Of a stretch of DNA of 64,000 nt, positions 39,374 to 47,596 are shown one piece after another; within the stretch, counting starts at the first letter, position 1; each line of letters opens with the position of its first letter. A program made the translations under genes and the position numbers. The notes under the pieces are model-generated. The model was not told the origin of the DNA. It ran no database searches and worked only from the letters and a program-made list of their open reading frames with translations. Origin of the DNA: Methanobacteriota archaeon (GTDB lineage Archaea; Thermoplasmatota; Poseidoniia; Poseidoniales; Poseidoniaceae); assembly GCA_002715725.1 (NCBI GenBank), contig PAZU01000004.1, positions 18,580-82,579 of the forward strand, in the 5' to 3' direction.

Positions 39374-39986
39374 TGATGTTTCAATTCGAATGAATAACGA
39401 AGATAGTCTGGCGCCGCCTGCCTCTCTATTCGCTCCAAGGCCAGATAAAAAGGGCCCAAAGACCATCTCAATTTTGTTGATAATGGGCTCAATATTGATG
39501 CTCCTAGTAGGGTGGGGGGATTTCCAAAATTCAATGGCTGAGGATTTTCCTGATGCCGACTTAGATGCAATTTTAGGAAATTATCAGAATCAGGACATCA
39601 ATATCACAGAAGAAGAATATCAAGAATATCATGACGATGTTCGAGATGATGGTGCTTACTCTGTTCGCGGATACTCTTTGATGATTGGCGGCGCGTTGGT
39701 ATTATCAGGAGGGTTCCTTCTGTTCAGATTGGATATGCTTGGAGTGAAGCTATCTCTCGCAGGCTCAATAATTGGACTTCTTGGCGGGTTTGGCGGTACT
39801 TGGATGATGGTGCAAGTTTCTGAGAAAATGCTTCCTGAAGAGGTTACAACAATTACTGAACTAATGTCTTACTTATGTGGTGTTTGCATGTTAATGTGTG
39901 TCGCTCTCGCAGCTCTACCTTTACTCAATGCTTCTGCTAGGGCTGCGTTGAATCAAAACGTTACTCTTGTGAATGAAGAAGAGTGA
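39366..39986 (+). CDS. Membrane protein, unknown function (3-4 TM)
   Basis: Hydrophobic helices. The stop codon directly abuts the 3' end of tRNA-Arg. Confidence 0.5.
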   Translation: MNDDVSIRMNNEDSLAPPASLFAPRPDKKGPKTISILLIMGSILMLLVGWGDFQNSMAEDFPDADLDAILGNYQNQDINITEEEYQEYHDDVRDDGAYSVRGYSLMIGGALVLSGGFLLFRLDMLGVKLSLAGSIIGLLGGFGGTWMMVQVSEKMLPEEVTTITELMSYLCGVCMLMCVALAALPLLNASARAALNQNVTLVNEEE

Positions 39987-40063
39987 TGGCGGCCCCACCG
40001 CGATTCGAACACGGGTTCGTGGCTCCGCAAGCCACTGTGATATCCAGGCTACACTATGGGGCC
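39987..40063 (-). tRNA. tRNA-Arg (anticodon GCG), CCA encoded
   Basis: Minus-strand sequence GGCCCCATAGTGTAGCCTGGATATCACAGTGGCTTGCGGAGCCACGAACCCGTGTTCGAATCGCGGTGGGGCCGCCA. 7-bp acceptor stem, anticodon stem GTGGC/GCCAC with loop TTGCGGA, T-arm CCGTG-TTCGAAT-CGCGG. Confidence 0.85.
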
Positions 40064-40109
40064 TTGTAACTCGGCGACCTACCTTCTCCATTTAAGCGCG
40101 ACGGGCGCA

Positions 40110-40802
40110 TCAAACACGCCACTCGAATTGAAGCCAATTGCGTTCTTTAGCAATCGTCTTGAGCCCGCCCTCTGCATTTACTGCAACAGGATTGCCAGTA
40201 ATTGCCATAAAAAACGAATCGGCATGAGTATTTCCATAACCCCAGCAATCTGAAAGGTCGTGACCTAAACTTTCAGCATCCGCTTGTACAACTGGGACTT
40301 TTCCTTTGCGTCTAGGAACACTCCATCCCCTCTCAGAACCACTCATAATTCCCGTCATTTGTTCTGGGCCACAGCCATATACTGCATCCATTCCAAGGTG
40401 ATCAGACATCGCTTGTGCCATAGGCATTACAGTCGCCGTGACAAGTACCAAGCGATGCCCTAATTCCCGGTGCCATTCCAATCTTTGAAGTGCTTCAGCA
40501 CTAACCTTTTTCGAAAGCTTGGTCTCTACTAACTCAGCAGAATATCTCCGCAATGTTTCCCAATTGCACAATGCCAGATGGCCTCGATTCCTAGCTGCGT
40601 CATATACAGATCTTCCTCGCAATAAGTTACCAATGAACCCAAGACTCCACATGGTTGCGCCTAAAGGAATCCTCCATGGGCGCCTGCGAGATAGCATTGC
40701 AGTCAGGCTCTTTTCGCTGGAAGCATCCAATAATGTGCCGTCCAGATCAAAGTAGGCCGTAACACCACTCATGGTTACATGGCGGAGACGGTTACCCTTC
40801 AC
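40110..40802 (-). CDS. HAD-superfamily hydrolase (HAD-IB / phosphoserine-phosphatase-like)
   Basis: Motif I YFDLDGTLLD and a C-terminal GYGNTHADSFFM (GDxxxD-like motif IV). Confidence 0.7.
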   Translation of the reverse strand: MKGNRLRHVTMSGVTAYFDLDGTLLDASSEKSLTAMLSRRRPWRIPLGATMWSLGFIGNLLRGRSVYDAARNRGHLALCNWETLRRYSAELVETKLSKKVSAEALQRLEWHRELGHRLVLVTATVMPMAQAMSDHLGMDAVYGCGPEQMTGIMSGSERGWSVPRRKGKVPVVQADAESLGHDLSDCWGYGNTHADSFFMAITGNPVAVNAEGGLKTIAKERNWLQFEWRV

Positions 40803-40810
40803 ATTGTCGC

Positions 40811-41110
40811 TTAATCACTATCCTCTGGACCATATACTCGACGTCCCGCCACATGGTCCTGCCACCAGGTGAGTTGTGATTTCAAGTATCTAGGAATGAA
40901 AAAGCCTACTTTCCTCGGTGTAAGACCGTGATTTTTCAATTTTTTATCGTGGGTTAAGTGAGCAACAATTGTTTGTGCACTACAACCGGGATTTGCAAAA
41001 ACAAACCGCTTGATTTCATCTTTAAGTCGCTGCAGTCGTGCCTTTTTTTGAGTGCCTTTACCAATTGTCGGTGGTGACATAAGTGCGAAATCACAGTCAA
41101 CCCATATCAA
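40811..41110 (-). CDS. Small basic hypothetical protein (possible HTH)
   Basis: ORF only. The KKARLQRLKDEIKRFVFANPGCSAQTIVAHL segment could be an HTH. Confidence 0.35.
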   Translation of the reverse strand: MIWVDCDFALMSPPTIGKGTQKKARLQRLKDEIKRFVFANPGCSAQTIVAHLTHDKKLKNHGLTPRKVGFFIPRYLKSQLTWWQDHVAGRRVYGPEDSD

Positions 41111-41179
41111 AGACTAGGTTGAAAACCCATGAGTCCCGGCCAATGCGAGAGATTTTGAATCACCGACCTCTCGCAGGTA

Positions 41180-41542
41180 ATGGTCAACATGGTAGATTCC
41201 GTTCAAATCAAGAGAGTAGGTATTCGCGATTACCTTTCTATCGACATTGAAGTATGGATGAATAATCCCGATGATATGGATTTCAAACCTCGCACTCACC
41301 TCGCTGGAAATCGATTTTCGATTTCATCTGCGACCAATGGAAGAGAGATGGCTAGCGTCGAATTAGATGATGAGCAAATGGAGGCTGCTGAAAGAGATCG
41401 CCAAGTCGAGTTAAGAGTCAAATTTGGAGTTCATGGTATGCATGGTAAGTTAACTCATATTCACCCAATTATCGCAGATGGTAAAGCGAAGAAACTTGCA
41501 AATGCAAATTGGAAAACGGTTCAGCCAATCCAATTTAACTGA
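41180..41542 (+). CDS. Hypothetical small protein
   Basis: ORF with no recognisable motif. Confidence 0.3.
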   Translation: MVNMVDSVQIKRVGIRDYLSIDIEVWMNNPDDMDFKPRTHLAGNRFSISSATNGREMASVELDDEQMEAAERDRQVELRVKFGVHGMHGKLTHIHPIIADGKAKKLANANWKTVQPIQFN

Positions 41543-41543
41543 A

Positions 41544-42707
41544 TCATTCGTACGCTACTTCAGTCAAAATCGGAGTTAAGACTGTAATCACAATTGTTAG
41601 TGTCCAATCGTTACCTCCGTCTGGGTCTGGCGCACCTGGAATTATCGAATCAGGGTCTGCATTTTGTGCTACAACAGTCCATACCCATTCACCTTGGCCG
41701 AACCTCGCTCCGGGTTCATTGAGCAGACTCATCAAGAGTTCTTCTTCGCTGTCAGCATCATAGACTCCTTCTTCCCCTACTGGATTCAAGTTACTATCAT
41801 TCAATTCGGCCATGGTGGATTCGTTTCTAGTGATATTTCCTGGGCTAGTCTGAGCGCTGCGCCGGTGTCCATCATCGAGAATGTTTAGTGACAATGTGAA
41901 GTTATCTGGAGGTAAAACCAAATCCTGATCCAGTTCAAGAACTGCGTCATATGCCATGATTCTAACATCTAATCCAGGAGTCATGTTATCGCTCCAAGAG
42001 TCGCCTTGTGCTAGATATTCGTCATAATCCCACTCCAAAGTATTCTGAATCCAAGATACTTTGAATCGGCGAGGTTGAATAACGATAGTGAATTGCTCAG
42101 AGACGACTCCTCCTACTCTATCATCCACGGTTAAAGAACCCATTATTGACCCACTGCTTTCAGTAGGCAAATACACCATATCTTCTGTAGAATCGATGTC
42201 ATTTCTTGTGTCGCCATCACCATCACTATCTTCCAAGAAATTCAAATCCCACATGAATTCCATTGGGCCTCCTTCAGGGTCTACTGTATTTGATGCATCT
42301 AGGAGTATTATGTCTCCACTGCGAACAACATCAGGTATTGATAGATTGATTTGCGGAGCCCCATTCACTCTGACTAGGACTGTGGTCGAGTCGGTTCCTC
42401 CTTGGTCATTAGTCACTGTTAATCGGACATTGAACTGGCCTGATTCCATGAACTGATGGGACGTAAATCCTGTGATTGTGGTTGTTTCAACTCCGTCTCC
42501 AAAATCCCAGCTATAATCAGTAATTACACCTTCAATAGCATCTGATGCCCTAGCATCAAAAGTTACCTCTTCGCCTTGTTGGATTTCAGTAGGAGTGGCT
42601 GTCAGGGCTGCTCTCGGCTCAACAGTAGATTCCAAAACTCCTGTGCATCCTGTAAATAATTGAACTAACAATAGGGCCCCGATAAATAACGGCCGCTTGC
42701 TGTTCAT
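41544..42707 (-). CDS. Secreted lipoprotein-like protein with two PKD domains
   Basis: Lipobox-like MNSKRPLFIGALLLVQLFTGCTG. PKD signature YSWDFGDGVETTTITG...RLTVTNDQGG and a second MEFMWDLNF...DSDGDGDT. Confidence 0.7.
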   Translation of the reverse strand: MNSKRPLFIGALLLVQLFTGCTGVLESTVEPRAALTATPTEIQQGEEVTFDARASDAIEGVITDYSWDFGDGVETTTITGFTSHQFMESGQFNVRLTVTNDQGGTDSTTVLVRVNGAPQINLSIPDVVRSGDIILLDASNTVDPEGGPMEFMWDLNFLEDSDGDGDTRNDIDSTEDMVYLPTESSGSIMGSLTVDDRVGGVVSEQFTIVIQPRRFKVSWIQNTLEWDYDEYLAQGDSWSDNMTPGLDVRIMAYDAVLELDQDLVLPPDNFTLSLNILDDGHRRSAQTSPGNITRNESTMAELNDSNLNPVGEEGVYDADSEEELLMSLLNEPGARFGQGEWVWTVVAQNADPDSIIPGAPDPDGGNDWTLTIVITVLTPILTEVAYE

Positions 42708-42758
42708 GGCTTTCGCTTGAGTCCTTAATATCTAATTGTGTCCCTTCGGCGGACAAAA

Positions 42759-43115
42759 TTAATTTGATTCAAAATCAACTTCGGAAGGTATGTCGCCGAT
42801 TACCTCAGCGCCTTGTAATAAATCCTCAAATTCGGTCTCATTTACCGTATTCAACTGATAATTTGATTCCATTTCGTCATCGAGTAAAGCGTTTACTTCC
42901 ACATCGCCAGAATCATATTCAGGAGTTGCATCTATGGGCTCTAATTCAGTTAACTCAACTTCTGCAGATTCAAGGGCTGCAAGAGTTTCTTCGAGTAATT
43001 CTTCCTTATCCAATTCGGGTAATTCAATTGGTTGTTGGACAATTTCTTCAGGCTCTTCGACCTTTTTCTTGAACCAATCTCTGATGCCCATGTACACCTT
43101 ACGGAGCATCATCAA
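42759..43115 (-). CDS. Small highly acidic protein, unknown function
   Basis: About 30% D/E. No motif recognised. The listed start is only 8 nt from the divergent exonuclease ORF start, so one of the two starts is probably internal. Confidence 0.4.
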   Translation of the reverse strand: MMMLRKVYMGIRDWFKKKVEEPEEIVQQPIELPELDKEELLEETLAALESAEVELTELEPIDATPEYDSGDVEVNALLDDEMESNYQLNTVNETEFEDLLQGAEVIGDIPSEVDFESN

Positions 43116-43123
43116 AATAGAAA

Positions 43124-43993
43124 TTGTGTAGTGATGTTCATTTGACTCGGCCTCCAGGCTATGTCATGGTCGATGTTCTCGAGGGGCATAGAGTTCTAGC
43201 ATTTGACCTCGAAACGACCGGGATTTCAACCAATAATGACAGGATTGTCCAAGTCGCATTAATTGGAGCAGATGCAGACGGGGCCCCAATACACCACGAT
43301 ATTCTAGTTAATCCGCAAAGGCCAATTCCTCGTGATGCTTCTCGAATTCACGGAGTACATGATTCGGATGTGCGGGGCAAACCTATTTTCAAAGAATGTG
43401 CTAACGAATTATCAGAATTGATGAACGGTGCAGTTATCGTCGGGCATAATGCTAGAAGATTCGACATGCCACTTCTTCAAAATGAATTCTACAGGTGTGG
43501 TATTTCGCCACCAAAACCGTTGGTCGTTTTGGACACCTTAGAAGCGGTCAGGAGGCTTAAAATTCCGAGACCCCATAATCTCGGAGCACAATGTGCAAGA
43601 CATGGCATTGACTTGTCTAATGCTCACGATGCTGCTGCTGATGCTGCTGCTTGTTTGCTACTGTTGTGGAAAGTAATGAGAGATCACCCCTCAAGTTTCA
43701 GGCGCTCTCTACAAGAGATTGAAGAGTGGTTAATTAGTGGTGAAGTTCGCAAGGATGAGAGCGAATTAGGTAGAGCCCTTACTGACTTAGAATCCTTAGA
43801 TAATAATGGGCGAATTAGAATCGACGAGGGAGCATATATCGTTGCATTCGGTAGACACAGAGGCAAGGATTTGCAAAGTATTGAACGAGAGGACCCGAGA
43901 TATGTTGACTGGTTAATCTCAGCAAATGGTATTGAAGATGAAGCCGCAAGAGAAATTTTGCGCCAATTGGTATCAAGCATCAGGAATGGGTGA
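43124..43993 (+). CDS. DnaQ-like DEDDh 3'-5' exonuclease with C-terminal DUF3820-like extension
   Basis: Exo I VLAFDLETTG, Exo II VGHNARRFDMPLL, Exo III AHDAAADAAAC. C-terminal IVAFGRHRGKDLQSIEREDPRYVDWLIS resembles the FGKHKGK...YL.WL motif of ExoX/DUF3820 tails. Confidence 0.75.
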   Translation: MCSDVHLTRPPGYVMVDVLEGHRVLAFDLETTGISTNNDRIVQVALIGADADGAPIHHDILVNPQRPIPRDASRIHGVHDSDVRGKPIFKECANELSELMNGAVIVGHNARRFDMPLLQNEFYRCGISPPKPLVVLDTLEAVRRLKIPRPHNLGAQCARHGIDLSNAHDAAADAAACLLLLWKVMRDHPSSFRRSLQEIEEWLISGEVRKDESELGRALTDLESLDNNGRIRIDEGAYIVAFGRHRGKDLQSIEREDPRYVDWLISANGIEDEAAREILRQLVSSIRNG

Positions 43994-45118
43994 CCAGGCC
44001 AAAACATCGCACCAATGACCAACTCTCCATGTGTCTCGATTAGTCATTGCACCACCAATAAAAATTGGTCCTTGATGTCCGGTTGCAAGCAATTCTTGCA
44101 ATGCCTCTTTTCCACGCCCGTCGAAATTTATTGGCACTTGGATACCAGTCGGCATAGCTCTTCCTTCAGCGTTTGCAGGCTCGCATATTTCAGCAACACC
44201 AGAGCCGTTCAAATCATCAAAATGATGTAACAATATTACCGAATCAGAGAAGTCTTGTGTTCCCAATGTACCATTTTCTAATCGCCAATTCCACCAATAT
44301 GGACACCATGCTTTCCAATCACAGAAACCACCGCAAGACGATTGTCCCGGCGTTGCTTCCAGAGGCACTTCCGTAGGTTGAGTTTTCTCCCATGCTTTGA
44401 GCGCATCCTCCAAAACCGAATTGCCTGTTGCGGTATATCTAGTTGCATTTTCGGTATACCAGCCCTCGGTTTTGACCTGAGGTGCATTCGGATTGTTGGA
44501 TAGAAGGATATCTCTGTAAAGCAATAGTTGTCGCTGAACTTCTGGTTTCAAATTTTCACTTGGCGCCCGGCCTGTTTTGAGATCTGCTACAACCCAGCCT
44601 TGTAATTCTCCGTTCGAATCAACATCTGCAAATAGCATGTCGAGTCTGCCCATCAGTCGATTATCGCTCGTTCTTAATTCGCCTTCTACAGCAATAACTC
44701 TCGAGAGTAGATTTGTCCACATCCCTATAGTGGTTTTGAGAGGAGTTACTCCAATAACTCCAATAAATTCAAGGAGCATTTTGATTGCACCTCTCTGCAT
44801 TTTCTTCGCTTTGTCCCACTCTTTTTCTTTCCACATTGGCCTTCTTGGTGTTGCGAAGAAAACCTCTTTTTCCTCCTCCCACCTTTGTTTCAAAAATTTC
44901 TCAGCCAATTCTGGCAGCCAATGCGTTTCATCAGATTTTCGCCCGGTTAAATCTACCTGCAACAGGTCTTCGACCGAAGCGTGAACTGCAGTACCAAGGC
45001 TTGCAGCCATTCCGGCTTTTCTTGGTAATTTTTGGCGGCTTAACCAATACATGCGCGGACATGTTTCGTATCTATTCCACGCAGAAGGGGACAGTGTGTG
45101 CACCCTTGCCCCGGCCAT
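43973..45118 (-). CDS. Cas4/RecB-family PD-(D/E)xK nuclease with Fe-S Cys cluster and an extra C-terminal domain of about 120 aa
   Basis: YETCPRMYWL (N-terminal Cys motif), GRLDMLFADVD...VVADLKTGR (D..D.K), RQLLLYRD (QxxxY), CGGFCDWKAWC (three C-terminal Cys). The 3' end overlaps the exonuclease gene by 21 nt, convergent. Confidence 0.65.
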   Translation of the reverse strand: MAGARVHTLSPSAWNRYETCPRMYWLSRQKLPRKAGMAASLGTAVHASVEDLLQVDLTGRKSDETHWLPELAEKFLKQRWEEEKEVFFATPRRPMWKEKEWDKAKKMQRGAIKMLLEFIGVIGVTPLKTTIGMWTNLLSRVIAVEGELRTSDNRLMGRLDMLFADVDSNGELQGWVVADLKTGRAPSENLKPEVQRQLLLYRDILLSNNPNAPQVKTEGWYTENATRYTATGNSVLEDALKAWEKTQPTEVPLEATPGQSSCGGFCDWKAWCPYWWNWRLENGTLGTQDFSDSVILLHHFDDLNGSGVAEICEPANAEGRAMPTGIQVPINFDGRGKEALQELLATGHQGPIFIGGAMTNRDTWRVGHWCDVLAWSPIPDA

Positions 45119-45212
45119 ATGCTACCTTGCATGCTTCGACTTCAAATTGCTTGGGGTTAGTTTGAGCAAAATAGGGGGCGAGATTATACACAAGGAGGTA
45201 TGTCATCAATTC

Positions 45213-46013
45213 ATGGAAGGAGCAAAGGTATGGCTCGACAAGAGTATCGACATTGAAGATGCACTCGTAGTGTGCTGTTTTCCTAGCGTTGGGATGGTTT
45301 CCAGCGTAGTAGCGCATTTTTTGATTGATCATTTGAATTTAGAATTTGTCGGCGGAGTTGCACATCCTAAACTTCCAGCGATTTGCCTTGTTCAAGATGG
45401 TGTTCCGTTACCCGCAATAAGAGCATATGCTGGTGAGCCAATCTGTAAACTGGAAGGAGTCTGCGACAAAGTACTTCTTTTGATGAGTGAATTGATTGTT
45501 CCCGACCCTCTAGTCCACGAAATTGTAAGTTCTCTATTCACATGGTCGAAAGAACAGAATGCTGCAATGGGAATTCTAATCGATGCTTTCGCCAGGAAAG
45601 GCATGAAGGGTGGACTAAATGGGAATGAGCCTTTAGTCGAATATGAGGACACTGAAGAGGTCGATGTTCTAGGAGTTGCTGCAACACCAAAGATGGCTGA
45701 AATTCTTAAAGAAATGGATATCAAAATGTTAGAACAGGGAGTCATCAAAGGAATGACAGGGGCTATGCTAAGTGAAGGTTCCAGCCGTGGAAGAAATCTG
45801 ATGAGTATAATGGTTGAAGCAGATCCTAGATTCCCTGATGCCAGGGCTGCTGCTGTAATTATCGAGCACCTAAACAAGATGCTGCCTGTTGTTGATTTAG
45901 ATCATGAGCCGCTATTAGCCGAAGCACAGCAGTTAGAAGACCAGATTAGGAACATGATGGAAGGAGCTGATTCCGAGCCTTCCCCATCTTCAACTTCTAT
46001 GCTCTACGGCTGA
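45213..46013 (+). CDS. Second PAC2-family (proteasome assembly chaperone-like) protein
   Basis: VVCCFPSVGMVSSVVAHFLIDHLNL...PAI is analogous to the PAC2 motif of 32819-33589. A GGAGG lies 14 nt upstream of this ATG. The track ORF from 45051 is an extension overlapping the nuclease gene. Confidence 0.55.
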   Translation: MEGAKVWLDKSIDIEDALVVCCFPSVGMVSSVVAHFLIDHLNLEFVGGVAHPKLPAICLVQDGVPLPAIRAYAGEPICKLEGVCDKVLLLMSELIVPDPLVHEIVSSLFTWSKEQNAAMGILIDAFARKGMKGGLNGNEPLVEYEDTEEVDVLGVAATPKMAEILKEMDIKMLEQGVIKGMTGAMLSEGSSRGRNLMSIMVEADPRFPDARAAAVIIEHLNKMLPVVDLDHEPLLAEAQQLEDQIRNMMEGADSEPSPSSTSMLYG

Positions 46014-46499
46014 TTTGCCAACTATTGCAATTCCGATAATGAGTAATGCTATGCTAGCCCAAATTGGGAATAGCAGGACTGTTTCCTTTGGAATGAACAG
46101 TAACAAAGTTTCACTGCGAGAATATTCTCCTCCCATACCGGCCGTGATTAACATTAATCCAACTGAAACCATACCGATACAAGAGTGTCGGAAGTCCACT
46201 TCCCCTCCCCACTTTCTTCGTAGTAGAATGCCTACTGCGAGTCCTGCGGAAGCCATAGATAGCAACAGTTTGTTAGCCAAAATCGGGTTGTCAATTCCTC
46301 CGCTTGGAACTGCATTTACCCCACTAATTATTGCGAACGGGGTTGCTATCAGACCGCCGAGTAAAGCCCAATGGGCAACAGGCTCTCTCGAGATTGGGCC
46401 CTTTTTAATTGCACAAAGTAAGAATGCAACTCCAGCAAGAGCAAACATTCCAATGGTAAGTTCGGTAGAAATCACGTGAAAGGTTCCTGCAGAAATCAT
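45990..46499 (-). CDS. Small 4-TM membrane protein, unknown
   Basis: Hydrophobic helices. Sits 3' of the two secreted proteins in the same orientation. Confidence 0.45.
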   Translation of the reverse strand: MISAGTFHVISTELTIGMFALAGVAFLLCAIKKGPISREPVAHWALLGGLIATPFAIISGVNAVPSGGIDNPILANKLLLSMASAGLAVGILLRRKWGGEVDFRHSCIGMVSVGLMLITAGMGGEYSRSETLLLFIPKETVLLFPIWASIALLIIGIAIVGKSAVEHRS

Positions 46500-47596
46500 T
46501 GTTGGCCGCCTCCTGCTAAACTATCTAGGTGTTCTTGACCATAATATTCCCATTGTTCCATCGTCCAGCCCTCTGGAAGTCCGCCCTCTGGAATCGGAGG
46601 ACCGGTGGTAGGCAGGTCGACCATTGCAGGAGAAGAGCCCTGAATTCTACCAAATTGTGAGGTCACATCTTCTGTGTTGTCATACTTGCTTGATCCTATT
46701 TCTTCGCCCTTCGGCCTCTGCAAAACAACTAATCCAATGCAGAGAATTAAGAGTGCAAATCCTTGAAGATATAGTGCAAATTCGTCTACTTCCCAACCAG
46801 GTTCTTGAGCAGTAATTCTGAACCATGGAGATTGTTGTGTTGGGCCTTCACCCATCATAACTACTCTCCATTCTACTGTACCAGGATTTACCGCTGCAGG
46901 AATTGTGAATTTATTGTCGACAACTAGTATAGGCCCTTGATTGCTACCTTTCAGCTCCACAAATGCAGAATCGGTGCTTAACAATTGCAATGTAATCTCA
47001 GTCTCTTCTCCAATCGACCTAGTATTGACTGGTTCCCATTCCGGAGACAGGCGAGGAAGATTTTCTGGGACTTCGCTAACAACAACTTGCTTAGCATCAG
47101 AAATTCCAGTCATTGCTACCCCACCATTTGGAGTACCATGTTGTACTGCAAGGTATAATTCGTAAGTTCCCGGACTAGCAGGAGCACGTAGTGTCCAAGT
47201 TTTTCTGACTTCATTTTGCAAAGAAAATGAGTCGACAATTTCTACATAATTGTTAGTCCCACCATTTGGGTCTGTAACGACTTCCCATCCATCATTTCCA
47301 GGCAGATCTTTTGCGCCTTCTTCATTTACCAATAATGCTAGCCCGACCATATTATTCGAACTGACTTCAACGAAACTAACCCATGTTTCAATTTCCATCA
47401 GTAAACCAGCATAGACTTGTTCAGGATATTGAATATCTAATTCTGCATCCGATATACCGTTCGATGAAGATGATGCGTGACAAGATCCTGCGCAATCTCT
47501 AGAGCGTATGTCATCTCCTTTACCACCAGGGTTTGCAGTAGAAATTGTAGTTGACAGAATCATCAATAACAGTACTAATGCCACTTTGAATCGCAT
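46496..47596 (-). CDS. Secreted surface protein with N-terminal C-x3-C-H motif, C-terminal TM and cytoplasmic tail
   Basis: Signal MRFKVALVLLLMILSTTISTA, then RDCAGSCHASSSS. TM FALYLQGFALLILCIGLVVL. Abuts the upstream gene (47596/47597). Confidence 0.6.
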   Translation of the reverse strand: MRFKVALVLLLMILSTTISTANPGGKGDDIRSRDCAGSCHASSSSNGISDAELDIQYPEQVYAGLLMEIETWVSFVEVSSNNMVGLALLVNEEGAKDLPGNDGWEVVTDPNGGTNNYVEIVDSFSLQNEVRKTWTLRAPASPGTYELYLAVQHGTPNGGVAMTGISDAKQVVVSEVPENLPRLSPEWEPVNTRSIGEETEITLQLLSTDSAFVELKGSNQGPILVVDNKFTIPAAVNPGTVEWRVVMMGEGPTQQSPWFRITAQEPGWEVDEFALYLQGFALLILCIGLVVLQRPKGEEIGSSKYDNTEDVTSQFGRIQGSSPAMVDLPTTGPPIPEGGLPEGWTMEQWEYYGQEHLDSLAGGGQQ

